Shown here piece by piece: positions 24,460-36,371 of a stretch of 64,000 nt of DNA. Source of the stretch: Mobula hypostoma (taxonomy: Eukaryota). Numbering within the stretch: position 1 is the first letter of the stretch; each line of letters begins with the position of its first letter. The stretch is taken from contig NC_086108.1 of NCBI RefSeq assembly GCF_963921235.1, positions 62,312,001 through 62,376,000 of the forward strand. The letters are read 5' to 3'. The notes under the pieces were generated by a model. That model searched no databases. It worked only from the letters and a program-made list of their open reading frames with translations, and was not told the DNA's origin. The position numbers were made by a program, and so were the translations under genes.

Positions 24460-26194
24460 TAATGTAATCCAGAGAAATGTGAGGTAATGTGCTTGCCGAG
24501 GGAACAGTGTGCACAATAAACAGTACAACATTAAGAAATGTGGAGGAACAGCGGGAGAGCAAATCCACTGATACCAGAGGATAACATAACAACTATAGGT
24601 AGACTGAGCAGATATACACATTTGACCTGTTTCTGAAATTAATGAAAATTTTTAGAGCTCAGGGACCACTGAGGCAGCTTTGTGCCATACACATTGGGCT
24701 CATAGGTACACAGCCAATCTGAGTAGTCCCAAACCACATGCTCTACACCTAGTAGATGGCTAGTATCACTTGGGAGGCAGCAGTGTGAGAGATCTTGTGG
24801 TCAGCTCACTGGAAAAGTGATAGCCGAGTTGTGTAACCTCACTAACATTCTTCCATTATTAAACCCAAGTCTTTAAAGTTTGAGTAGCAATATGAGTCCA
24901 AAGAAGCAGATCCAACCTTTTCACTTGGTAATTCTGGATTTGAACCTGACTCTGAATTCTGGCTTAATGTCTGCTGGGCAAGGCATAAGTGTGCTTGGGT
25001 GAGTGAAATGCAACTGTAATGGAATATTAAAGTGTGTGTCATATTTACTGTAAGTAATCACAGGAAGATCAGATAGTTATAATGAGCTTACAATGGAACA
25101 TGTAACTCAAATACCAAAATTAACATCTACAGCGTTATGAATTGTTGTTTTCTTCTGTTTTCAGAATCCAGTACAGTGCAATAACCACATTGCTGTTTAG
25201 CAGTCTGGCTACCATAGAATGCTTGGTTTCTCATCGTGAATGTCTTGTTTCACACCTGATTTAGCTGATTTAATATTTTGTTAATGTTCACTGCTGCCTT
25301 TGGTCTGCTGTTGTACTAAACGTGCAGCTCCAACTTCTCTAAATTACGTTCTAAATCCAAGTCATTATGTTGCCATCACTCCTCCTTAGTAGTGACATTG
25401 AATTTAAAAAAACTGTGAAGACAGGAATAATTTGCAATTTCATGGTTTCAAGTAAATTATTTTGAAATAGTGCCTTGGCGTTACATTTATACTAATTTGA
25501 CTTTGTTTTCATTGGAAGAAATCTGCAGTGAGCGTACAAGAATCTGTAAGTCCAGAGGTAAATTGGTTCATTCAGTCTTTCAGTAACAGTCTTAGGATAA
25601 AACTAATGTGTCTTTATGTTAAGTGGTACTGGAAATTGTTAGTGTGGAGATTTAGTTTGGGCAGTACTTGTTACAAGATGATAATAAGCGCTTTTAAAAT
25701 CTTGTCGTAAGTTGTTCACCAAGAGAAATCCTCCTGCTCTGTAGTTAATATCTGCTGCAATTATTCTTGTTCCAAGCTACTCAAGCCACAGCATTATGTT
25801 ATCTGTATTTCTTTATGTTCTTCCTTGGTTCAATTACTTCACATGTTGGCTAAGGCACCTTATGTACTTTCTAATCCTTTGGTCATGGGCATTCAGTGCC
25901 TCGAGATGAAGCTGCACTCAATCTTACAAACAATCCCAGAGGGTAGACAATCTTCTATGCCAAAATCACCAGCTTGAATTCTCTTCAAAACAGTCAGCAG
26001 CACCACATCAAACTGTTATTGTTTGCATCATTTTGAGATCTCTGCACATGGGTTTGTGAATATAGAAGTGGTGAACCCCTGTGCAATTGCTTTCCCAGCA
26101 GCTGGGCTGAAATATCTGCCCACTGCCCCTGCCAAAGACCAGACCTAATGCTGGCTTTGTGACTCTGTTCACTTGAAAGGAGAGGAATGGATGT

Positions 26195-27205
26195 AAAGTT
26201 CAAATTTCAAAGTAAATTTATTATCAAGGTACATATATGTCGCCATATACAACCCTGACATTCATTTTCTTCCAGGCATACTCAATAAATCCATAATAGA
26301 ATAATAACCATAATAGAATCAATGAACTATCACGCCATCTTGGCTGTTCAACCAGTCTGCAAAAGAGACAAACTGTGCAAGTACAAAAAGTAAGAAATAA
26401 TACAAATAAATAAATAATAAATATCGAGATCATGAGATGAAGTGTCCTTGAAAATGAGTCCATAGATTATGGGGAGCTTTCAATGAGCTGAGTGAAGTTA
26501 TCCCTTTCGGTTCAACAATCTGATGGTTGAGGGGTAATAACTATTCATGAATTTGGTGGTGTGAGTCCTAGGGCTCCTGGAGCTTCTTCCTGATGGCAGC
26601 AGCAAGAAGAGAGCATGTCCTGGGCGGTGAGAGTCCCTGATGATGGATGTTGCTTTCCTGTGACAACGTTTCATATAAATGTGCTCAATGGTGGGGAGAG
26701 CTTTACCAGCGATGGACTGAACCATATGCACTACTTTTTGTTGGATTCTCCATTCAAGGACATTGGTGTTTCCATACCAGGCTGTGATGCAGCCAGTTTA
26801 TATATTCTCCATCACATATCTATAGAAGTAAAACTTTGTCAAAGATTTAGATGTCATGCCTAAGGAAGTGGAGACACTGTGTGCTTTCTTCGTATTTGCA
26901 CTTACGTGCTGGGCCCAGGACAGCTCCTCTGAAATAATAATACTAGGTAATTTAAAGTTGCTGACTCTCTCCATCTCTGATCCTCTGATGAGGACTGGCT
27001 CGTGGACCTCTGGTTTCCCCCTCCTGAAGTTAATAATCGGCTCCTTGGTCCTGCTGACAATGAGTCAGAGGTTGTTATTGTGGAACCACTCAGTCAGATT
27101 TTCAATCTCCCTCCTATATGCTGATTTGTCACCACCTTTGATTCAGCCCACGACAGTGGTGTCATCAGCAAACTTGAAGATGACACTGGAGCTGTGCTTA
27201 ACAAT
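26195..27205 (-). mobile_element. Rex1/Babar LINE 3' fragment
   Basis: LPTIEHIYMKRCHRKATSIIRDSHRPGHALFLLLPSGR...NSYYPSTIRLLN, with the KFADDTTVVG region at about 27140-27180. Same family as 690-3330 and about 47500-47780. Confidence 0.88.
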
Positions 27206-29402
27206 TTTAGAAGGTTAGGTAACAAATAATTTTCATTTAATTGAGTTAAATAAAATGTATTTAATTGTTTTAAAGTGGTTTTTAGTTTTTTCCTAAAGAG
27301 AAATAATTCAAAACACTTAAAATAGGATGTTTAATTTTTAATTATTCTTTGTATGTTTGAAAACAGTCACTCACAAAAACTCCAGCTTGTGAGAACTTTT
27401 GCAACTGGTTTAACTTGTGAAGCAGAAATGTATATGAAAGCACCTTCGGTGAACTTGTGATTTCTGATGAGCTGGAGTCATCTTTGTTGAGGATGTTGGC
27501 ACTGGTGAACAGGATCAGGGTAGGAGCAGGTGTAGTGGGGAGGTGTCTTGTGAGCTTATCAGACATTTTATGCTATTATCTTGCAGTGCAATTTAGCAAA
27601 TAGGAAAGCCTTCCTTTTGGAGCAGTGACCTATGTTGTAAATAGTACAAAATACTGCACCCCTCTGCACTTACACAGGCGATAATCGATCATAGAAATAT
27701 ACAGCACTAAGAGGGGCCAATGCAGACCGTATGAAAGAGTAATTCTCCTATGGTCCACTCATCTCTCCTATCAGATTCCTTCTTCTCCAGCCCTTTGTCT
27801 TTCCTACCCACCCGGCTTCCCCTATCACCTTCAAGCTGGCCTCCTTCCTCGCCACCCACCTTTTATTCTGGTGTCTTCCCCTTCCTCCTCTGTGCTGAAG
27901 ATGAGTCTTGGCCCAAAACGTCGACTATCCATTAATTCCCAGAGATCCTGTCTGACCTGCTGAGTTCCTCTAGCGTTTTGTGTGTGTTTCCATGTCATGT
28001 TATACAGCATAGAAGAAGGCCTTTTGGCTCATTGAGTCAATGCAGCTATCCTGTATTACTCCCACTCTACCCGCTCTGCATTCACCCAATTAATCCTCTT
28101 CAACTGTCTAATTGCCTTTTGAAAGTTACCACAACAATCACATCTTCACTATTTTGAATCTCTCTGTTTGAATTCTTCATGGAGCACACTGTGGTGAAAA
28201 GGAGAGCCAATAAATCACCTGTGAAAGCCTCTTTACAGCCATTGCACGAGCCCTCAGAGCAACGCTCTCCCAAGCTTCAAACACAGAATAATGCGGGAAG
28301 AGTGGGGGGAGGGAAGCTCAAAGGAACAGGAATAAGAAGCTGTCTGGGGATAAACTTAAATACTGATAGAAGCATAAAAATAAAAGTTTCAGCTATTCAG
28401 GCCCTCTAACCTACTGCTTAATATAATCTCTTGGTCTGTAAAGAAACAACAGGCTGAATGGATTTGACTGTGAACATTTTTTTTTCCAAATGGATCTTGC
28501 AGTGTTGCGCGATGCCAACTGTTGTGAAATGCAGTAATTCAGTTCTAACTGATTCACGGAAGCCACCATCAGTTCACCAGGACACTGGACTCCGTGGAAT
28601 CCATTAGTGAGGCCAGTGCTGGTGGGATTCTTGGTTTTATGCTCGGGGTCTCTCAGATCCTGTACCTGAGCAATGCTGGCCCCAGCTTACAGACCACATT
28701 CATCTCTGGGCAGAGTTACGGGACAAACTCCTAGGTGGGTGGCCTTTTTGAACTACTTGCCTTAACTTAATGTGTTTAATTATTTCAAAGCATTTTATGT
28801 GTTATAATTATTTCATCTAAAATATTTATTAAAGATGAATTACTTTAATTAAAGAAATTTTTAAATTGTGTCTCAATGTCAGAGGCAAAAAGTCCCACTT
28901 CCAGCCTTGCAGCTCTGAAGAATTGTTGCCTGCCATGGTGCCTACACAATGCCACTCAGAGCCCAGTTGCCATCATACTTCACCAATGAACACGTGCCAA
29001 GAGACACCCAGAGATAAGGGTGTGCGCCTGGAGAATATATGTGGTGATTCGAGGCAGTAGGCCAATTCCCCTGTGATACAGTGCACTGGTGTAAACTGTA
29101 ACTTTGAGCAATGGAATAGATGGAGCACTGTCAACTGGTTATCCAAAACGCAGTGGGTCTGAATCACAACAACAATTTTTGTCTTTCACCAAAATTCAGT
29201 AATTCCTGAAGGATCTCAGTAAAAGGATGTTGTTCAAGATGCCAAGAGTAATATTGTTTAGTAGTACAGGTTTTCTGATGTTCCCATATCCTGTGGCCAA
29301 AGAAGAGTTGCTGTTTGGTGAGAAGGAAACCTTGGTTGAGATAGCCATTCACAAATGTAACAGTGAGATGCTTAAAGGGTATCTGAGCTATCTTAAAGGG
29401 TA

Positions 29403-30660
29403 TCACAGCTATCTGGACTATTCCTCTTCTCACCCTGTCTCTTGCAAAAACGCCATCCCCTTCTCGCAATTCCTCCGTCTCCGCCGCATCTGCTCTCAGG
29501 ATGAGGCTTTTCATTCTAGGACGAGGGAGATGTCTTCCTTTTTTAAAGAAAGGGGCTTCCCTTCCTCCATTATCAACTCTGCTCTTAAACGCATCTCCCC
29601 CATTTCACGTACATCTGCTCTCACTCCATCCTCCCGCCACCCCACTAGGAATAGGGTTCCCCTGGTCCTCACCTACCACCCCACCAGCCTCTGGGTCCAA
29701 TATTATTCTCCGTAACTTCCGCCACCTCCAACGGGATCCCACCACTAAGCATATCTTTCCCTCCCCCCCTCTCTCTGCATTCCGCAGGGATTGCTCCCTT
29801 CGCTACTCCCTTGTCCATTCGTCCCCCCCATCCCTCCCCACTGATCTCCCTCCTGGCACTTATCCGTGTAAGCGGAACAAGTGCTCACATGCCCTTACAC
29901 TTCCTCCCTTACCACCATTCAGGGCCCCAAACAATCCTTCCAGGTGAGGCAACACTTCACCTGTGAGTCGACTGGGGTGATATACTGCGTCCGGTGCTCC
30001 CAATGTGGCCTTTAATATATTGGCGAGACCCGACGCAGACTGGGAGACCGCTTTGCTGAACATCTACGCTCTGTCCGCCAGAGAAAGCAGGATCTCCCAG
30101 TGGCCACACATTTTAATTCCACATCCCATTCCCATTCTGACATGTCTATCCACGGCCTCCTCTACTGTAAAGATGAAGCCACACTCAGGTTGGAGGAACA
30201 ACACCTTATATTCTGTCTGGGTAGCCTCCAACCTGGTGGCATGAACATCGACTTCTCTAACTTCCGCTAAGGCCCCACCTCCCCCTCATACCCCAGCTGT
30301 TACTTATTTTTATGCACACATTCTTTCTCTCACTCTCCTTTTTCTCCCTCTGTCCCTCTGAATATACTTCTTGCCCATCCTCTGGGTCCCTCCCCCCTGT
30401 CTTTCTTCCCGGACCTCCTGTCCCATGATCCTCTCGTATCCCTTTTGCCTATCACCTGTCCAGCTCTCGGCTCCATCCCTCCCCCTCCTGTCTTCTCCTA
30501 TCATTTTGGATCTCCCCCTCCCCCTCCAACTTTCAAATCCCTTACTCACTCTTCCTTCAGTTAGTCCTGACAAAGGGTCTCGGCCTGAAACGTCGACTGC
30601 ACCTCTTCCTACAGATGCTGCCTGGCCTGCTGCGTTCACCAGCAACTTTGATGTGTGTTG
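29403..30660 (+). mobile_element. 5'-truncated Penelope-like element (Neptune type): RT C-terminus, GIY-YIG endonuclease and 3' hammerhead region
   Basis: HSYLDYSSSHPVSCKNAIPFSQFLRLRRICS, TYPCKRNKC, VIYCVRCSQCGL*YIGETRRRLGDRFAEH. TSD TGCTTAAAGGGTA at 29369-29381 and 30659-30671. Confidence 0.92.
30562..30599 (+). ncRNA. Minimal type-I hammerhead ribozyme motif with mutated core
   Basis: AGTC-CTGACAA-AGGGTCTCGGCCT-GAAACGTC-GACT. It differs from the intact copy by two CpG transitions. Confidence 0.65.
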
Positions 30661-31502
30661 CTTAAAGGGTAAATTGTTTCTGACAAATAGAGGAACTGAA
30701 AATAAATGAGGAAGAAATCTGTCAATCTCAAGAAATTAGTAACACAATCCTGCAACTTCCCAAGTAACGTAGATATTTATAACTGTTACAAACAACTCCC
30801 TCTCAAACATTTGTTCTTTGATTGAGGCTGACTTCAAAACAATCACGCAACCTTACAGCGATTCAAATGAAAAATCAATTTACTGCAACTAAAATCTAAA
30901 ACTATTGGGCTATTTTTATCTTTACTGAACAGGTATCCAACATGTTATGCAGTATATTCCCTTAGTTAAACACAAACTAGGATACTGGGTGGGAAACTCA
31001 GCACTACTAGCTGCGAGTCCATTTCTGACAAACGATTACGATCTATCTGATTACAAGAGAAAGTAGAGATTATAAAAAGTAAAAATCAGAATGGAGCCCT
31101 TTTATAAAATTCCTGTGTGAACCTGATGAATCATTGCTAAGTCTGCTGTATGGAACGGGTGTGGGAACAGAATGAAAGGTTGATGTGTGGTATTCAACAG
31201 AATTTCATAAGAAAATCATACACAGAGCATGATTGATAACTATTGGGTGATCTATGAAGTGCATACTTCTCTAGTTGGACTCTTTACACATTTGATGTAT
31301 TTATTCAGTGATGTGGTAAAATTCTGTGGTGCATGCATGAACCAACCTCATGGTTTAGGCTACTCTTACCGAAACAGGTCTTCACGGGACATGTGAATCT
31401 TTCTCTAACATACAGAGGTTTGAAAAATTGTTCAACCCCCACAATTATTTTCACTTTTTACTGTCTCATTTTCTAAATTGAAAATATATAGTATTGAAGT
31501 TG

Positions 31503-32622
31503 CATGCACAATGCTGGTGGAACGCAGCAGGCCAGGCAGCATCTATAGGAAGAGGTACAGTCGACGTTTCGGGCCGAGACCCTTCGTCAGGACTAACTGA
31601 AAGAAGAGATAGTAAGAGATTTGAAAGTGGGAGGGGGAGGGGGATATTCGAAATGATAGGAGAAGACAGGAGGGGGAGGGATGGAGCCAAGAGCTGGAAA
31701 GTTGATTGGCAAAAGGGATACAAGGCTGGAGGAGGGAGAGGATCATGGGACGGGAGGCCTAGGGAGAAAGAAAGAAGGAGGGGAGCACCAGAGGAAGATG
31801 AAGAGCGGGCAAGGAGTTATAGTGAGCAGGACAGAAAGAGGGAAAAAAAGGGAAAATAATAAACAAATATATAAATAAATAAGGGATGGGGTAAGAAGGG
31901 GAGGAGGGGCATTAACAGAAGTTAGAGAAGTCAATGTTCATGCCATCAGGTTGGAGGCTATCCAGACGGAATATAAGGTGTTGTTCCTCCAACCTGAGTG
32001 TGGCTTCATCTTGACAGTAGAGCAGGCCGTGGATAGACATCTCAGAATGGGAACGGGATGTGGAATTAAAATGTATGGCCACTGGGAGATCCTGCTTTCT
32101 CTGGTGGACAGAGCATAGGTGTTCAGCGAAATGGTCTCTGAGCCTGCGTCGGGTCTTGCCAATATATAGAAGGCTGCATCGGGAGCACCGGACACAGTAT
32201 ATCACCCCAGTCGACTCACGGATGAAGTGTTGCCTCACCTGGAAGTACTGTCTGGGGCCCTGAATGGTGGTAAGGGAGGAAGTGTAAGGGCACGTGTAGC
32301 ACTTGTTCCGCTTACAAGGATAAGTGCCAGGAGGGAGATCAGTGGGAAGGGATGGGGGAACAAATGGACAAGGGAGTTGCGTAAGGAGCGATCCCTGTGA
32401 AAAGCAGAAGGGGGGGGGGAGGAAAGATGTGCTTAGTGGTGGGATCCAGTTGGAGGTGGCGGAAGTTCCGGAGAATAATATGTTGGACCCGGAGGCTGGT
32501 GGGGTGGTAGGTGAGGACAAGGGGAACCCTATCCCTAGTGGGGTGGTGGGAGGATGAGGTGAGAGCAGATGTGCGTGAAATGGGAGAGATGCATTTGAGA
32601 GTAGAGTGGATGGTGGAGGATA
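31503..32622 (-). mobile_element. 5'-truncated Penelope-like element (Neptune type), GIY-YIG region and 3' end
   Basis: ORF 31912-32520 contains TYPCKRNKCYTCP...VIYCVRCSRCSLLYIGKTRRRLRDHFAEH...LEEQHLIFRLDSLQPDGMN. Candidate TSD TATTGAAGTTG/TATTGGAGTTG (31492-31502, 32623-32633). Confidence 0.93.
31558..31595 (-). ncRNA. Minimal type-I hammerhead ribozyme motif with intact core
   Basis: Minus strand: stem I AGUC, core CUGACGA plus an extra A, stem II GGGU-CUCG-GCCC, then GAAACGUC and stem I GACU. Predicted GUC cleavage between 31563 and 31562. Confidence 0.75.
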
Positions 32623-35600
32623 TATTGGAGTTGGATTTTTTTGAGGTAATCTACAAAATATTGTGCTTCATGTCAAATCCAAAGAAAAATTCCAAAACCT
32701 GTCAACGATTCACTAAATATTCAAAACCAAAATTGTAAACTGAGAAAGTATTAATCACTTGTGTAATTACTGTGCTAAGTTTCCTCAGGTGGAATATATT
32801 GTACTACCTTACCAACTCACCCAGAATGTTGATGTAGAAAATTGGAGGATCATCTGTTTTCAAATAATTTATAAGAATAAATACCCTTTCCCACTGCAAG
32901 GTCGAACAGTATGGTAGATTTTCAACACACTAAACCAAAATGAAAACAAAAAAGCATTCAAGACAAGTCAGGGAAGGTAAAATAGAGAAGCATTCATCTG
33001 GGGAAGGGTACAAGACAGTCTCAACTGCTGAACATACCTCGTAACTCAGTGCAGTCCATTGTGAAAAAGTGGAAAAAAATATGAAACCACAGCCACACTG
33101 CCCAGGTCAGGCCGCCCCTCTAAATTTAGTCACCCAGAGAAGAATCTCACTTGTAAGAGAGGCAACTTTGATGCCAGCAGTTACTCTGAGCGAGCTGCAG
33201 AAGTCAGAGGCTGTAACTGGAGATGAATTTCATGGCTCCACAATCTCCAAGGCCTTGCACAAAAAAGGTGTTTATGGAAGAGTGGCAAGAAGAAGCCCGG
33301 GCTAAAAAAATTATAATCCTTGCCTGTATAGACTTTGCAGAACAAAACTTAGAAAATATTGTCAAAATGTGGAAGAAAGCCTTGTGGTCAGAAAAGACTA
33401 AAGATGAGTTGGTTTCAACTCTAAACAATAGGTGTGGTGTGAATCTAACACTGCCTATCAGTCAGGTAAGACTGTCCATACTGTAAAGTATGTTGGAGGT
33501 AGCATCATGCTATGGAGATGCTTTTCAGCAGGAGAGACTGGAATATAGTCAGGATTGATGGGAAAATGAATGCTGCTAAATACAGAGAGTTATTGGATAA
33601 AACCTGCTAGCCTCTGCCAGAAAGCTTAAACTGGGGAGGAAGTTCGTCTTCCAGCAGGGCAACAAACCAAAGAATGCTGCCAAAACAACCATGGAGTAGC
33701 TTCAAATGAAGAAAATAGCTGGTTTTAAGTGGCCTCATCAGAGTCCTAACCTTAACCCCAATGGAATATCTCTGGCAAGTACCTCAAAAATGCTGTCCAC
33801 CACTGCTCCCCAACTAACCTGGCACAATCATGCTCCATCACATTGTGTAAAGCTAATGCAGACTTATCCAAAAAGACTACTGTTTGTAATAGGTGTGAGA
33901 GGTGGTTCAATTAAGTACTTAGCAAAAGGGTGAATACTTTTGAACTGCTGAGATTTCAGTGTTTGATGTTATAGTTTATTGTGCTTTACAATTTTCCCTG
34001 TTTTTTGGGCTCTACTGTGAAAAAAACATGTGATTCACAAATAAAAATTTTGAGTTAGATAGATCTAAATTCCTGGTTGTAAAACTCATTTATGTGAGCA
34101 AAGGGTTGGCGGGGTGAGGAGCAAATACTTTTACCAGGCACTGTAAATGTGCAGGCCCTGGTCCAAAAGAGTCTAGTTCCAGGAATCAACTTCAGATGGT
34201 CGCACTTTGTGTAAAAACTTTGTACAATCAATGACTCTACCTCAGGTTCTCCAATTGCTGCCTTGTGACCCTGGAGTCCTTTAACAGTCAGTAGAACATC
34301 TCCCTGACCTGTGATTGGTGTCCTGGTTCTTAACATTTCCAATCTCTTCCCTGCTCCTAGTTATGTGACCTGCAAATCAGATCTGCTTTAAAAGCTTCGA
34401 AGTGTAAATAAGACCCCTTCTATTATACATGACGTGTTGGACCTTGTGTACATTGCAAAAATAAGAAATCCAAGCCAAGGAAGCACAGAAGTTATGTCAA
34501 AATACAGCAAAACTAATGCAATAAAGAACAATCCGGAATGAATTTCTCCAACACACTTAAGTTAATACTATTTTTACACGGGCCAGCAGAATATGCAGTT
34601 CATTTCAAGTGAGAAAAATAGGAGGACCTGGCATGAAATACTTCTGTTTATTTTGGTATCTTTCAGCTATAGCTGGAACACAAGCAGGAGAGGACTTTCA
34701 CACCAAGCAGACAAGGCTTTGGTGTAAATTAGGTGGTGAATATGAAAATTGATTCCTTTTCTAATTTGAACTTTGGACTTCGAATGCTGGCAGTTTATAT
34801 TGGCACATTAAATGCTTATGGGACACAGTTGGCCAGAAACAAAAAACGACTAGTTGTCCCGCAGTTTAATGAGGGAGAAAGTGGAGCAGAAAATACCTAA
34901 AAGATAATAAACTTTTCAAAGTGATGGACAGATTGCAGTAACAAAGAAATGAAAACTATAACAGAGGAGGTATATTCACAAAAGAATGACATTGATTCCA
35001 CCTGTAACATTTTCTCATTATTAACCTTCAAGGTTAAGTGACTGAAACTTGTATATCAGAGAAATTATTGGAGAAACCCTGAAAGTATTACTAAACTGGA
35101 TAGTCTATATATGTGTTAAAATTATCAATTTATTGTAACCTATCATTTCGTAAACAGAGTTGTTTTGGAGGAAGGTTACAATTGAGAGGCAGTTTTAACA
35201 AAAATGAAACCTATTTGGTTGATTCTGAAAGTATCTATCAAAAAGGCAAGAAAAAAATCACACAATGACAATGATGAAGTAAACCTTTCTGGTGAAATAT
35301 TTTTATAAAATAAAGCCATTATTAAAACTGTCTTGGAGACATACAGCAGAGTTTCAGGACCTTTATGCTAAATTTTTGCCCACTATCACTAAAACTTTAT
35401 TGGATACTTATGCTTCTACAACTTGCTTATTCAATTGTCTGTCGAAATGTTTCTTAATTGTTGTGATTATATCTGATTCCGTCATCTCCTCTAGAAATAC
35501 ATTCTAAATATCCTCCACTTTTCACTCTCAGATCCCCTTTAAAACTTCTTCTCACCTTAAACCCATACCCCATTTTCTATAGCCCTCCCATGGGGAAAAT

Positions 35601-35627
35601 GATTCTAACTATCTACTTTATCTAAAC

Positions 35628-36371
35628 CAGCGGTCCCCAACCACCAGGCCGCAAAGCATGTGCTACCGGGCCGCGAGGAAACGATATGAGTCAGCTGCAC
35701 CTTTCCTCATTCCCTGTCACACACTTTTGAAGTTGAACATAGGGTTGCCAACTGTCCCATATTTGCCGGGACATCCCGTATATTGGGCTAAATTGGTTTG
35801 TGCCATACGGGACTGCCCTTGTCCCGTATTTCCCCCGCTAAGGTATGAAACCTTTCACACCGAAATGGCGTAAAGCGCAGAAGCAATTACCATTAATTTA
35901 TATGGGAAAAATTTTTGAGCGTTCCCAGGTCCAAAAAAATAACCTACCAAATCATGCCAAATAACATATAAAACCTAAAATAACACTAACATATAGTAAA
36001 AGTAGGAATGATATGATAAATACACAGCCTATAAAAAGCAGAAATAATATATGTACAGTATAGTCAGGAAGATTAAGCCAAAACTGATTTGTGAAAAAAA
36101 ATCAGCACATACACACATGCGCATACAGGTGCCCGTGCAAGGCTTCATGGTCATGGTAGTCTTTCTCGGGGTAAACACAAGTGTCCCGGGATTTGACTGC
36201 TACTTTTGTCCCTTATTTGGGAGTGAGAAAGTTGGCAACCTTAACCGTAAAAGACACGTTGAGGTGAGTCTAACCCTATTTGAACACCCTCACCCCCCCC
36301 AGTTGGCTGGTCCGCAAGAATATTGTCTGTATTCAACCGGTCCGCGGTGCAAAAAAGGTTGGGGACCCCTG
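35628..36371. mobile_element. hAT (Charlie-like) MITE containing a second hAT MITE
   Basis: TIRs CAGCGGTCCCCAACC / GGTTGGGGACCCCTG. The 8-bp flanks ATCTAAAC / ATCGAAGC differ at 2 positions. Confidence 0.8.
35740..36243. mobile_element. Inner hAT (Blackjack-like) MITE
   Basis: TIRs TAGGGTTGCCAACT / AGTTGGCAACCTTA with repeated subterminal TGTCCC/GGGACA motifs. Confidence 0.75.

Larger units (their letters stand above)
31413..34143 (+). mobile_element. Decayed Tc1-like DNA transposon (IR/DR type) interrupted by a Penelope copy
   Basis: TA-CAG...CTG-TA ends with degenerate TIRs. The transposase remnant runs from ATG 32940 (MKTKKHSRQVRE) through VTLSELQKS, KKALWSEKTK and WPHQSPNLNP to GGSIKY at about 33920. 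Inner DR-like motifs at about 32745 and 33930. Confidence 0.85.

Noticed and set aside
25519..25557. Possible microexon before GTAAGT/GTAAAT
   Set aside because: The acceptor is weak and there is no recognisable peptide or partner exon.
27342..27566. Minus-strand 74-aa ORF containing a GTGAGT donor-like site
   Set aside because: No homology is recognised and no acceptor or promoter supports it.
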